Below, piece after piece: positions 13,923-28,376 of a stretch of DNA of 64,000 nt; position 1 is the first letter of the stretch, and every line of letters starts with the position of its first letter. Under the pieces are notes generated by a model. That model worked only from the letters and a program-made list of their open reading frames with translations, was not told where the DNA came from and ran no database searches. A program made the position numbers and the translations under genes. This stretch comes from Eledone cirrhosa (taxonomy: Eukaryota): the NCBI GenBank assembly GCA_964016885.1, contig OZ024762.1:14756001-14820000 (forward strand), read 5' to 3'.

Positions 13923-14305
13923 AATAGTAATTGTTTCTACTATGGGCACAAGGCCAGCAATTATCCCAGTACATTACTGGTACTTTATTGTATCGACCTC
14001 CGTAAGGATGAAAGGCAAAGTTAGCCTCGGCGGAATTTGAACTCAGAATGGAAAGGGCCATAACTCTATGCGTCAAAGCATGGCGTCCGACCCTCTACCG
14101 ACACTGCCACTACACAGGCCTTAGAGTTTCTACTTTTGGCACAAAGCCAGCAATTACCCCAGTGCACCACTGGTATGGTACTTTACTTTATCGACCCCGT
14201 AAGGAAAGGATGAAAGGCAAAGTTAACCCCGGCGGAATTTGAACTCAGATCATAAAGGGCCGTAACTCTATGCCGCAAAGCATGGTGTCTGACGCTCTAC
14301 CGCCC
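13923..14305 (-). mobile_element. Two tandem tRNA-derived SINEs with Meta-like domain
   Basis: Minus strand: B-box gagttcaaat(t/c)ccgccg, gcctttcatcctt...gtcgata...agtaccag, tail gccttgtgcc...agtagaaac. Confidence 0.85.
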
Positions 14306-14413
14306 CGACAATGAATAATAAAATATAAGATTAACCTACTGGTTCGTGGGATAAAGACACAGAAACGGTCATAGTGTATGTATATAATACAGATATTATA
14401 TACATACATTATG

Positions 14414-14452
<39 letters not shown>

Positions 14453-14641
14453 ATCACAAAAGAAATTGCATTTATTTTTAATATGAGTATATATATTATA
14501 TATATATATTTATATATATATATGTGTGTGTATATATATATATTATATATATATATTTATATATATATATGTGTGTGTATATATATATATACTCTGGCAA
14601 GGTCATAAAAGAAACACAAAAGCGTAGTATATATATCTGTG

Positions 14642-14676
<35 letters not shown>

Positions 14677-14860
14677 ATGTGTGTATACATATGTGCATAT
14701 ACAGATATACATACATACACATATATATGCATAGTATAAGTATAGGCACATGTACACTAGTGCATACATATACACACTGTTGCCATGCCAACAACCGGCA
14801 TCTTTATAAATATATGTATATATATATATATGTGTGTATGTATGTGTATATATGTTTCTA

Positions 14861-14934
<74 letters not shown>

Positions 14935-14946
14935 TGTATAGTATGT

Positions 14947-14982
<36 letters not shown>

Positions 14983-15015
14983 ATATGTGTGTGTGTATTT
15001 GTACACACACATATG

Positions 15016-15067
<52 letters not shown>

Positions 15068-15680
15068 ACATATATTGGGTGGGCGGGGGACACGCGTTAT
15101 TTTAATAAGTGTGCGCGCGCGTGCGCCTGTGTAGATTTTATACACACGCGCACAAAAGTCAGAAACACCACGTGAGATACTATACATACACATTTTCACA
15201 CATACTAGCATATACACACATACATACACAATTGTTTTGATATCACGTGAACAAATGCATATAACATTGTGCATAAGTGTATGTATGTATATACATATAT
15301 ATACACAAGCAATAAAAAGTATATCACGTGAACTGAAATATAAAGAGTGTATGTATATGTATATGTATTTGTGTATATATATATATATGTATATATACAC
15401 ACACATATTAGTGTACTATCAAGAATTATAGACGCATATACACTCAATCTCTCTCTCTCTCTTTCTCTCATTATACACACACACCAAGCAAATATCAAAA
15501 ACAGATTTATAACAATTTGAAGTTATTGAGTTTGTGTTTGTATATATATATATACGTGTGTGTGTATACATATATGTGTGTGTGTGTATGTGTATACATA
15601 TATATATATACGTGTGTGTGTGTGTGTGTATACATATATATATACGTGTGTGTGTGTGTGTATACATATATATGTGTGTG

Positions 15681-15743
<63 letters not shown>

Positions 15744-16269
15744 GTGTGTATATATATATATATACATGTGTGTGTATACATATATATATGTGTGTGTGTA
15801 TACATATATATGTGTGTGTATGCTTAAAATAGTTTCCATTGAACGCACCTCCATATAAATACATACATATTAATATATATACATGCACATATATATATAT
15901 ATATATATGTGTGTGTAAATATGCATATTGTATGTACGTGTGTATATTTATTTATATATATACACCCACTCACGTATTGAACTCAATACAAATGGATAAT
16001 AAACATTGTTTATCATATTCTACACACATATTCTACATATTCACATTCTACACAGACACACACACACACACACACATTTGTACACAGACACACAATAATA
16101 CAAACACAGTAATAGACGCACAGAAACAATAACACACACACACACAGACACACAATAAAACACACATGTACATACGCACACACACAGAAACAATAACACA
16201 CACATTTATACATACACTGAGACAGAAAAACAAACAACACACACACACGATAGTTATACACACAGTTAA

Positions 16270-16830
16270 ACACACATACAGTAGTATTACACAGAGTAAA
16301 ACACATACAGTAGTATTACACACACACCGTAGTATTACACACAGTAAAACACACACACACACAGTAGTATTACACACAGTAAAACACACACACACACAGT
16401 AGTATTACACACAGTTAAACACACACACACAGTAGTATTACAAACAGCTAAACACACACACACACACACAGTAGTATTACACACAGTAAAACACACACAC
16501 ACACCGTAGTATTACACACAGTAAAACACACACACACACAGTAGTATTACACACAGTTAAACACACACACACATTAGTATTACACACAGTAAAACACACA
16601 CACACAGTAGTATTACAAACAGCTAAACACACACACACACACACAGTAGTATTACACACAGTAAAACACACACACACACACAGTAGTATTACATACAGTA
16701 AAACACACACACACAGTAGTATTACACACAGCTAAACACACACACAGTAGTATTACACACACATACACACACACATAGTAGTATTACACACACACACACA
16801 CAGTAGTATTACACACACACACAGTTAAAC
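16270..16830 (+). repeat. Minisatellite cagtagtattacacacagtaaa + (CA)n
   Basis: ~15 copies. Confidence 0.9.
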
Positions 16831-16950
16831 ACAGACAGACACACACACAGTTCCCCTCCCCCGCTATGTACTTTTAAATGTGTCACATGATTCACCACGT
16901 CTCTCCTTCTCCAGAGAACCAGGGAAGTTACAATTGCTTCCACCAATGTC

Positions 16951-16988
<38 letters not shown>

Positions 16989-17442
16989 TATACACACACA
17001 CACACACATGTGTATATACACGCGCACCCACACACGTGTGTATATATACACACACACAGACATGTGTATATATGCCCATACACATATTTACTCATATAGA
17101 AGTATACATAGATACATACATATATTGTCCATATATACACACACATGTGTATATACACTCGCACACATACACACACGTGTGTATATATATACACACAGAC
17201 ACATGTGTATATATATACACACAGAGACGTGTATATACACATACACACACGTGTGTGTATATACACATACACACACACGTGTGTGTATATACACACACAC
17301 ACATAGAACACATGTATATATACACACACACATAGACATGTGTATACACACACACAGACACATGTGTATATGCACACACACAGACATACAGAGACACGTG
17401 TATATACACATACACACACACACACACACACATGTATATATA

Positions 17443-17480
<38 letters not shown>

Positions 17481-17487
17481 ATATATT

Positions 17488-17680
17488 TAATATAGAAATG
17501 GCTTCTACGGGACTAGAACTGTTTCAAACTGTTTCATTGGGAGGAAATCATCAGAGCTTTCCATGTGATTTCCTCCGAATGAAACAGTTCTAGTCCTGTA
17601 GAAGCCATTTCTTTATTAAATATTTATACTCTGGTATCTATTGAGTACCTTACTGTGTTACATCCGATCGAACCCGGGAT
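17488..17680. mobile_element. Penelope-like hammerhead palindrome, family B
   Basis: Inverted arms matching the 59697 copy; plus-arm core mutated (catgtga); short duplication in the left arm. Confidence 0.75.
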
Positions 17681-17882
17681 ACACACACATACACACACAT
17701 ATATATACACATATATATATATATATATATATTTATGTATGTATATATACACATAAATATTCCCCCCCTCACCACACACACATATACATAGTGTCCTAAA
17801 AATATCTATACACACTTCAACAGCATTCTAATTGATGTATACATTTTGGGAGTACATCCTGCATATGTTCACATACATTAAT

Positions 17883-17914
<32 letters not shown>

Positions 17915-18228
17915 CCATATGCTTACTATATACGCATATATATGCCCATATACATATACACACATATATACCCATACTCAAATATTTATATATATATATA
18001 TATATATACACATACTCATACACACACATCTATATGTACACACAGATATATACACATGCATATATATACTCATATACATATAACACACACACATATATAT
18101 ATATATATATGCCCATATACATATACACATATATTTACTCATATAGAAGTATACATACATACATACATATATTGTCCATATATACACTGTACTTATATAA
18201 ATATATCGGCACAGACAGACAGATATAT

Positions 18229-18280
<52 letters not shown>

Positions 18281-18841
18281 ATATATATATATATGCCGAT
18301 ATACATACATACATATATAAATACATTGACACACACAGACACACACACAGAAATGCACTCAGCTGCTGATACAATTCGGAACACACACCACACCACACTC
18401 TCTCTCCAACACACACACACACACACACATACGCTCTCTCACACAAACACACACACACACATACGCTCTCTCACACACACACACACACGCGCTCTCTCTC
18501 TCACACACACACACGCTCTCTCAGCTGCTGATAAAATTCGGAACACACACAAACACACACACCACACCACACAGTACACACACACTTTCTCTCTCACACA
18601 CACACATACACACTCTCTCTGCCACAGACACACACGCTCACCCACCACCCACCCCCCACACACACACACACACGAGCACTCTCCAACACACACATACGCG
18701 CGCTCTCCCACACACACACCACACACTCCCCCCCTCCCACGAACTCTCTTCCACACACACACACTTTCTCCCACACACAAACACGCTCTCTCTCTCTCTC
18801 ACACACACACACACGCTCTCCCTCTCACACACACACACACG

Positions 18842-18887
<46 letters not shown>

Positions 18888-19279
18888 CTCTCAGCTGCTG
18901 ATAAAACACGAAAGCCTGATAAGAGAGAGAAAGAGAAATTGACAACAGACGTCATCTGGGCGAACGAGGAAAAAATTGCGCGTCATATTTGAAATTATTT
19001 CCTATAAGGTATGTAGATTGTTATAGTTGTTGTTGGTGTTGTTGTTAGTGTTGCAGTTGTTGCTGTTTAACCCCAGGTCAACCCTGATCCAGTAGACCGG
19101 GTGGCTGTTTTTTTTTTATCGTTATTGTATTTTGTATTTTCTTTTGTTATTCATTGCTATGTAACTTGAAAAAATATAACACACACACACACACATATAT
19201 ATATATATTCTCTTTTACCTGTTTCAGCCATCCGGCTGAGGCCATGCTGGGGCACCGCTCTTGGTATATATATATATAA

Positions 19280-19514
19280 GTATTAAGTTGTTAAACAATA
19301 TTCGATGATTATGTCAAAGAATGAGTTTTACAGTAGATTGGAAGCACTCAACATTATAATAATTTCCAGGGGTTATTAATATTAAAATATAAGTATTAAT
19401 AAAATCGATGTTCTTTTGATCAATTACATTTTATTATACATATTTCCGAAATATGTATAATAAAATGTAATTGATCAAAAGAACATCTATTTTATTAATA
19501 CTTATATTTTAATA

Positions 19515-19515
<1 letters not shown>
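19280..19515. mobile_element. Family A palindrome truncated inside the ribozyme
   Basis: Near-perfect inverted repeat centred on tttccgaaa (~19443-19451); arms match 1950-2017. Confidence 0.75.
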
Positions 19516-19584
<69 letters not shown>

Positions 19585-19671
19585 AAAGAAAAGAATATCT
19601 TTCCTTCATATATATATATATTTATACACATATATGTACATACACATATAAACATATATATGTATATATAT

Positions 19672-19775
19672 AAAACTGAATACTAACCAATACTTATTAC
19701 TAATTTATACTTATTCCTAATTAAACTATTTTTCACTGGGAAAAATTTGTCACCATTTTCTTTTCCTTTTACTAA
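19672..19775 (+). repeat. Unclassified dispersed repeat (second copy at ~29491-29595)
   Basis: aaaactgaatactaacca...cttttccttttac present twice, each followed by (TA)n. Confidence 0.75.
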
Positions 19776-20131
19776 TATATGTATATATATATATACATAC
19801 ATACATACACATATATATTTATATATTTATATACATATATATACACATATATGTATATACATATATATCTTCTACATATATACATATATATATACACACA
19901 CACATATATACATATACACATACATATATATATACATATACATATACATACATATACACATACATATATACATACATATACACATACATATATACATACA
20001 TATACACATACATATATACATACATATACACATACATATATATATATATATACACACATATATATATATATATATACATACATATATATATATACATACA
20101 TACATATATATATACATATATATATACATAC

Positions 20132-20164
<33 letters not shown>

Positions 20165-21173
20165 CATATATATATACATACATATATATATACATATATA
20201 TATATACATACATATATATATACATACATATATATATATACATACATATATATATATATGTATATATATAAATACATATATATACATATATATATATATA
20301 TACACACACATATTCCATGCACAGAAAAACAGATGCATGCACATACACACATATAGATACATATACATATACATAAGCAAATATAGATATATGTGGATAC
20401 ACATACACACACAAATATAGATACATATACACACATATAGATACATATACACAGATATATAAATACACATACACACACACTTATAGATACATATATATAT
20501 ATATATATACCCACACATAGATACATATACACATATAGTTACATATACACACACATATATACACAGAAATATATAGATGGATACACACATATAGACATAC
20601 ACATATATATATATATATGTATATATATACACACATATATATATATATACACACACACACATATATACATACACACATACATATATATATACACGCACAC
20701 ATACATATAAATATATACACATACATATATATATACACACACACACATATATACATACACACATACATATATATATACACGCACACATACATATAAATAT
20801 ATACACATACATATATATATACACACACACACATATATACATACACACACACATATATACATACACATACACATATATACACACACACACACATTTCTGC
20901 ACGGTCCATCAAATATTCCAATATTCAGCTAAAAACTGTTATCTAGGTCGGTGCCTGTCGGGGTGGGGATGGTGTGGGGGTGAGAGATTCGGTCAGTGGG
21001 TTATCGTCTGGGATGGGGGTGAGGTGTAGGGATTTGATATAGATGGGGGGATGAGGGGGTATGTACTACCTTGCCAGTTCGCAGGAACAGAGAGGGCGGG
21101 GTGTTAGAGAGAGAGAGAGAGAGAGAGGCTATTACAGTAAAAGGTAGATTGAACGGAGTAATAAGCCATATAT

Positions 21174-21313
21174 AACGAAGGAGGTGTGGTAAGGAACCAG
21201 ATGGACCATAACGCAGCAGAGTACTCAATACTTAGGGTAGTAGAGTGGGTAATAGGAAAAAGTATGACGCCGACGGCAGAGCTCAAGCCGTTTCGACGGA
21301 GGTCATACTTTTT

Positions 21314-21348
<35 letters not shown>

Positions 21349-21482
21349 CGAGGGAAATGTGGTAAGGAACCAGGTGGACCATAACGCACCAAAGTACTCA
21401 ATACTTAGGGTAGTAGAGTGGGTAATAGGAACAAGTAAGACCCACGGCTTGAGCTCAGCCGTCGGGGTCTTACTTGTTCCTA
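21174..21482 (-). mobile_element. Two family C Penelope-like 3' fragments with hammerhead stem III/stem I and fold-back
   Basis: gaaacggcttgagctc(t/a)gccgtcgg(g/c)gtc hairpin plus tail ...cctaagtattgagtact...; TA-flanked. Confidence 0.68.
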
Positions 21483-21644
21483 TATATATATATATTTAAA
21501 AAGTTAAATAATGGTTCAATGAATAAATCAAAGACTGAATTTTACAATAGATTGGAAGCACTCAACAGTGTGGTTTTCCAGAGTTATTAACATTAATCGA
21601 AAATATTAAGAAAATAGAAATACTTGATCACAAGAATATCTATT

Positions 21645-21863
21645 TATATATTTGAAAAAAAGGAAAAGAATGACTTCACTGGTAGTGTTAAAAATTTAAT
21701 GATTTAATGTTATAATATAATTGTTTCTATTTTTGGCACAAGGCCAGCAATTACTCAGTACATTACTGGTACTTTATTTTATCGACCCCGTAAGGATGAA
21801 AGGCAAAGTTAACCTCGGCTGGATTCGAACTCACAATGGCAAGGACCGTATGTTATAATATAA

Positions 21864-21955
<92 letters not shown>

Positions 21956-22348
21956 ATAATATATATATATATATGTGTGTGTGTATATAAATGTGTGTAT
22001 ATATATATATACACACACACACACAGTGTTAAAACTATCAAATCTTAGTTTAATACATTTATTTGCTGACAGTTGTTTCTTCCAGTACCCTCCATATTTA
22101 TAATTATATATTAAACATATATAAGTATAAATATTGTTATTATTACTGTATTGCCATTCTGAGTTCAAATCCCGCCGAGGTCAACTTTGCCTTTCATCCT
22201 TACAGGGTCGATAAAATAAAGTACCAGTAATGTACTGTTTAATTGCTGGCCTTGTGCCAAAAGTAGAAACAATTATTTATAACATTAAATCATAAAATTT
22301 TTAACACTACAAGTGAAGTCATTCTTTTCCTTTTTTTTTCAAATATAC
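21645..22348. repeat. Inverted duplication of a SINE 3' part plus ~75 bp of flank (arms ~21645-21840 and ~22153-22348)
   Basis: Arms are reverse complements, including non-SINE flank (gaatgacttcact / agtgaagtcattc). Confidence 0.8.
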
Positions 22349-22374
22349 CTAACTGTACCAAGGATCTCATAGTT

Positions 22375-22438
<64 letters not shown>

Positions 22439-22444
22439 GTATGA

Positions 22445-22478
<34 letters not shown>

Positions 22479-22480
22479 TT

Positions 22481-22513
<33 letters not shown>

Positions 22514-22928
22514 CGCATGAATATATATATATATATATACACATATGCTTTCACATATATATATATATACATATATATACCAACACACATATATATGTAT
22601 TACATTCACATACATATGCATATATATCTCTCTCTCTCTCTATATATATATACATATTATCATTCATACATATATATATACATATACATATATATATATA
22701 TGCATATGTATAATATACATATGCATATGTATATGTATATGCATGTATATATACATTTGCATATATATATATATATATATATACATACATACATATACAT
22801 ATATATATATATATATATACATATATATATACATACATACATATACATATATATATACATACATACATATATATATATACATACATACATATATATATAT
22901 ACATACATACATATACATATATATATAC

Positions 22929-22962
<34 letters not shown>

Positions 22963-23198
22963 ATACATATACATATATATATACATACATATACATATAT
23001 ATATATATACATATACATATATATATATATACATATATATATATACATACATATACATATATATATATATACATATACATATATATATATACATACATAC
23101 ATATACATATATATATACATATACATATATATATACATACATACATATATATACATACATATATACATACATACATATATATACATACATACATATAC

Positions 23199-23423
<225 letters not shown>

Positions 23424-23709
23424 CACACATATATACCAACACACATATATATGCAATACATTCACATGCATACATACATACATATATACACACATACACA
23501 TATATATTAGGCACACACACACGCACAGAAACAGATTTGTATACATATATATTTAGGAATACTCAACCACTTGCACGTTAAGTTCCCGGCTGATCCGTTC
23601 CGTTGACAGACGGCGGCTGTTCCTTTGTATTGCGTTGGATCACAACAGCTGGGCGGGAATTTGGGGTAGATGAGCTGATATAGGGGCGAATGAGAGTGGG
23701 TGGAGGGGA

Positions 23710-24210
23710 AGAGAGAGAGAGAGAGAAGAGGGGGATGAGGGTAAGACCGAGAGAGGAGAGAGAGAGAGGGGGAAATGTGTGAAATCAAGAGAAGAGAAAG
23801 ATATATATATATATATAGAGAGAGAGAGGGTGAGAGAGAGAGAAGAGGGGCGTGAGGGTAAGATCGAGAGAGAGAGAGAGAAGAGGGGGATGAGGATAAG
23901 ACCGAGAGAGAGAGAAGAGGGGGATGAGGGTAAGATCGAGAGAGAGAGAAGAGGGGGATGAGGGTAAGATCGAGAGAGAGAGAAGAGGGGGATGAGGGTA
24001 AGATCGAGAGAGAGAGAAGAGGGGGATGAGGGTAAGATCGAGAGAGAGAGAGAGAGAAGAGGGGGATGAGGGTAAGATCGAGAGAGGAGAGGGGGGGAAT
24101 GGGTGAAATCAAGAGAAGAGAAAGATATATATATATATAGAGAGAGAGAAGAGGGCGATGAGGGTAAGATCGAGAGAGAGAGAGAGAGTGATGAGGGTAA
24201 GATCGAGAGA
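23710..24210 (+). repeat. Purine-rich minisatellite gagggggatgagggtaagatcgagagagagaa
   Basis: ~10 copies. Confidence 0.88.
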
Positions 24211-24439
24211 GGAGAGTGGGAGTGGTGATAAATATGGGTGAAATTGAGAAAAAAAGGAGAGATATAAGGGTGAGAGAGAGGGGGGGAGATGAAGGGGAGA
24301 AAGGGGGTGAGTGAGAGATTGAGAGATGAGGATGGGATCAAGAAAAGAGAGAGATGAGGGTGAGATAGAGAGGAGAGGGGACAGAAAAGGAGAAAAAAAG
24401 AGTATGAAGTGATATGCCGGGGTTAAACCCCCATCTATT

Positions 24440-24582
24440 ACTGGTACTAATTTTCAGCTGAGTATACTGGAGGAAAGTGAAATAAAGTGTTTTGCTCAAG
24501 AGCACAACACACAACCCAGCCCGAGAATCGAACCTATGTCGTTATGATCACAAGTCCAACACGCTTACCACTGGGCCGCGCA
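24440..24582 (-). mobile_element. tRNA-derived CORE-like SINE (diverged)
   Basis: Minus strand A/B boxes and cttgagcaaaacactttatttcac. Confidence 0.7.
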
Positions 24583-24704
24583 GTCACTGCCTACTAAAAT
24601 TTCACTGGTGAAAGATTGGTCAACCCGAGGTTGACAACAGACGTTCGTCTCTCCCGATTTGCCCCACGGTGGGACTGAAATTGGAACTACGTAGAACGTC
24701 GTTA

Positions 24705-25820
24705 GGCGGCGAATTGGCAGAGTCAGTAGAGCGTCAGATAGAATAATATATGGTATGCCTGCTGGCTTTCTGCTCTCTGAGTTCAAATCCCACCGAGGCC
24801 AACTTTGCTTTTCATCCTACCGTGATCGATAAAAAAAAGTACCAGTCTAATACTGGGGTTGATACTTCCACTATATCTCTTTCTCATTTTCCTCTCTCTA
24901 TCTCTCCATATATATAAAGTACCAGTCTAATACTGGGGTAGATTCTTCCTCTCTCTCACTTTCTATCTCTCTCTGGAAGAAATCTGCTGTACTCGGGCCT
25001 GGAGAGGCATGGGCCCCACCAGGTCAGGCCTGGAGAGGGATGGGCCCCACCAGGTCAGGCCTGGAGAGGCATGGGCCCCACCAGGTCAGGCCTGGAGAGG
25101 GATGGGCCCCACCAGGTCAGGCCTGGAGAGGGATGGGCCCCACCAGGTCAGGCCTGGAGAGGCATGGGCCCCACCAGGTCAGGCCTGGAGAGGCATGGGC
25201 CCCACCAGGTCAGGCCTGGAGAGGTATGGGCCCCACCAGGTCAGGCCTGGAGAGGCATGGGCCCCACCAGGTCAGGCCTGGAGAGGGATGGGCCCCACCA
25301 GGTCAGGCCTGGAGAGGGATGGGCCCCACCAGGTCAGGCCTGGAGAGGGATGGGCCCCACCAGGTCAGGCCTGGAGAGGCATGGGCCCCACCAGGTCAGG
25401 CCTGGAGAGGCATGGGCCCCACCAGGTCAGGCCTGGAGAGGCATGGGCCCCACCAGGTCAGGCCTGGAGAGGCATGGGCCCCACCAGGTCAGGCCTGGAG
25501 AGGCATGGGCCCCACCAGGTCAGGCCTGGAGAGGGATGGGCCCCACCAGGTCAGGCCTGGAGAGGCATGGGCCCCACCAGGTCAGGCCTGGAGAGGCATG
25601 GGCCCCACCAGGTCAGGCCTGGAGAGGGATGGGCCCCACCAGGTCAGGCCTGGAGAGGGATGGGCCCCACCAGGTCAGGCCTGGAGAGGCATGGGCCCCA
25701 CCAGGTCAGGCCTGGAGAGGGATGGGCTCCACCAGGTCAGGCCTGGAGAGGGATGGGCCCCACCAGGCCTAAAATGCCCCTATGACTCTATCAGGAGTTA
25801 CGGGACCATACATACATACA
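24705..25820 (+). mobile_element. Long-tail Meta-like SINE containing an expanded 31-bp minisatellite
   Basis: tRNA head ggcggcgaattggcagagtc...gagttcaaatccc, Meta domain, tail ...aggagttacgggac(CATA)n; unexpanded homolog at 56775-57102(-). Confidence 0.82.
24997..25770 (+). repeat. 31-bp minisatellite, ~25 copies (ggcctggagaggcatgggccccaccaggtca)
   Basis: Direct inspection. Confidence 0.98.
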
Positions 25821-25850
25821 TAAAAACACACACACACACATATATAGATG

Positions 25851-25882
<32 letters not shown>

Positions 25883-26161
25883 CACGCACATATATATACG
25901 TACATACATATACACACACATAGATACATACATAGATACACATATATATATATATATATACACACACATATATATACACATACACACACACACACACATA
26001 TATATATATACACATATATATATATACGCATACACACACACACATACATATATATACACATACACACACACACACATACACATACACATATATACACACA
26101 CACATATACACACACACACATATACATATATATATATACGCACATACACATATACACACAG

Positions 26162-26202
<41 letters not shown>

Positions 26203-26568
26203 TATATATTACGCACACACACACAACACACTCCACATGGTTACTAAAACGAACCCTTTAACCACACAGCCACCCTCCACCTCCCCTTCCACCTCCTCCC
26301 CCCTCCCTCATCTTTCCCTAACTCCCTCCCCCACCCCATATATTGATTTTTATTTTTTTTTATTTTTCAAATTGGCATCAAGCCAAACACTTTGTAAGGC
26401 GAGCGGATAATCGATCGCCTTACTTGATTGGTAAGCTCTACATATCGATCCCTGGTCACAACTCCCCCTCCCTCTCTCCCCAGGGACAGATGAAAGGCAA
26501 AGCCGACCTCACCGTGGCCTGAACCCTCAATACAATGGCGCTGCACTGTATATAGACGGCTCTATGGC

Positions 26569-26644
<76 letters not shown>

Positions 26645-26646
<2 letters not shown>

Positions 26647-26856
26647 GGCGCGTGGCTGAGTGGTTAGCGAATTGGATTCGCAATCGTAAGGTTGTGAGTT
26701 CGATTCCCGGATCGGGCGATGCGTTATGTCCTTGAGCAAGACACTTTATTTCACGCTGCTCCTTCTACCTGGAGTTGCGACCGATAGCTAATATTAGCAA
26801 TTGGAAACAACAATGGAAACATTGTTTCCTCGGCCCGAGTTGACGAAAGTCGATCA
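26645..26856 (+). mobile_element. tRNA-derived CORE-like SINE
   Basis: A-box tggctgagtgg, B-box gagttcgattccc, gtccttgagcaagacactt; near-identical copies at ~38533-38742 and ~45462-45668. Confidence 0.88.
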
Positions 26857-26860
26857 GCTG

Positions 26861-26911
<51 letters not shown>

Positions 26912-27109
26912 AGTAAAAATTAGCGAGAATCGAATTTCAGCCTATGAAATAACGAAAAAACACTTTCGAATTGTGAGGCAAGCGCTCAATAATTCAAAAG
27001 AATTAGAGGTTACAACTTACGTTAAAGGCCAAGCACACTGAGATGGTGGTTAAACTAATTATCCACACAGTGAAGATTCGATCTCCTATCTATCTATATA
27101 TAAGAGATG

Positions 27110-27508
27110 ACCCCTTAGCCTTTGTCAAGGCAGAATTCTAGGAGAAGGAAAACTCTGATATAACACCTGCAACCCTGATGGTATCCGATGATGTTGACTT
27201 GTTCTTCTTTTTGGTAAATATCATCTTGGTTAAGAGAGTGGGACTGGCTTTGTGCAGTGCTTTTGCTCACTATAAAAGCTTCACGGCACAGGCATTGCTT
27301 TATATCTGGAGATCTCTCTGCACTTGTCATCACATGGTACCATGGGCCCAGCACTATGTGTCAATAATTGTCACAAGTGTAGTGTTTGTACCAGAGTTTT
27401 CACATCGCTGGCTGGACTAAAAAGTCACACTCGTTCAGCGCATCGGTAGGGGTTCTCCTACATGGATATAAAGTAGTGGCCGTACTCGAAAACGAGTTGG
27501 CAGCCACC

Positions 27509-27510
<2 letters not shown>
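27110..27510 (+). mobile_element. RTE-type LINE 3' remnant ending in a C2H2 finger
   Basis: 27378-27449 encodes CSVCTRVFTSLAGLKSHTRSAHR*, followed by a short UTR with ctcg-aaaa-cgag hairpin and a (TA)n tail. Confidence 0.65.
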
Positions 27511-27541
<31 letters not shown>

Positions 27542-27849
27542 TATGGACAGCATTTGGCTTGTGTGGAACAGTGAGACCGCCAAAGTCCATTTCAACGGTC
27601 GATGACCATGGACTTCTGTCCTTCGTTTGTATTTATATTTTTTTAAGGTTTCCCTTTAAAAATTTGTTTTTCGTTTTGTTTCGCTTTCGTTCGTTATCTG
27701 GTCCACTCTTTGTTAATTTTTTTAGGTTTATATATATAGAGGCTTCCAAAGCGACCTAAAGAAAATAACACAAACGCTTTCAGTTGCAATAGGCATGAAT
27801 ACGATGTACCTATTCTAAAAATCGAAATACGCACTCTGTGTGTGTGTGT

Positions 27850-28000
27850 ATCATCATCACTGTTTAACGTCCATTTTTCCATGCTTGCATGGGTCAGACG
27901 GGTGGTCCGCGTCGAGAGACAAGTGTGGCCATGCCGTACCCTGCTCTGACGAGACTGTAAATTTGGCCAGGGTTTTTACAACTGGATGTCCTTCCTAACA
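27850..28000 (-). mobile_element. SINE/LINE 3' end with (GAT)n tail
   Basis: catcatca...aacgtccatttttccatgcttgcatgggtcagacgg; related copies at ~36438-36545, 37895-37940 and 43345-43425(+). Confidence 0.65.
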
Positions 28001-28040
28001 CTAATCACATTTACAATATAATATATATATATATATATAA

Positions 28041-28376
28041 GAAGGACAACGTTTTATTGTAAAACACAATTTCACATGCGCATCAGAAAATCTAATATAT
28101 GTATTAACTTGCTCAGGTTGTCGAGAACAATACATAGGCCAGACCAAAAACAGCCTCCGCCAACGCATGACTGTCCATAGATCCCAAATTAAAATACGGG
28201 AATACAGGAAAATACCACTGAGTGAACACATTAATACCTGTGCCGCCCAAAATCATCCCGAATTCAAAATCTTTCCCCTCTACAAATTTAAAGATAATGC
28301 CACCCACACCCAGCGCATCAGCAAGGTATCTCACTTTATTAAGAAATACGGACCCCGTCTAAACACTTCTCCCTAA
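28041..28376 (+). pseudogene. Penelope-like element GIY-YIG endonuclease, 5'-truncated remnant
   Basis: Open frame EGQRFIVKHNFTCASENLIYVLTCSGCREQYIGQTKNSLRQRMTVHRSQI...SEHI...RISKVSHFIKKYGPRLN*; begins directly after (TA)n. Confidence 0.88.

Noticed and set aside
18895-18930. CTGCTGA...GAAA as a hammerhead
   Set aside because: Core violates CUGANGA and stem II cannot form
25009-26410. Repetitive [10 protein letters not shown] ORFs
   Set aside because: Translation of the 31-bp minisatellite in all frames
26645-26720. tRNA gene
   Set aside because: A and B boxes are present but continue into a SINE body found in several copies, with no proper acceptor stem or terminator
27378-27449. Host C2H2 zinc-finger gene exon
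   Set aside because: Single terminal finger followed by a stop, an RTE-like UTR hairpin and a microsatellite tail; upstream frame broken
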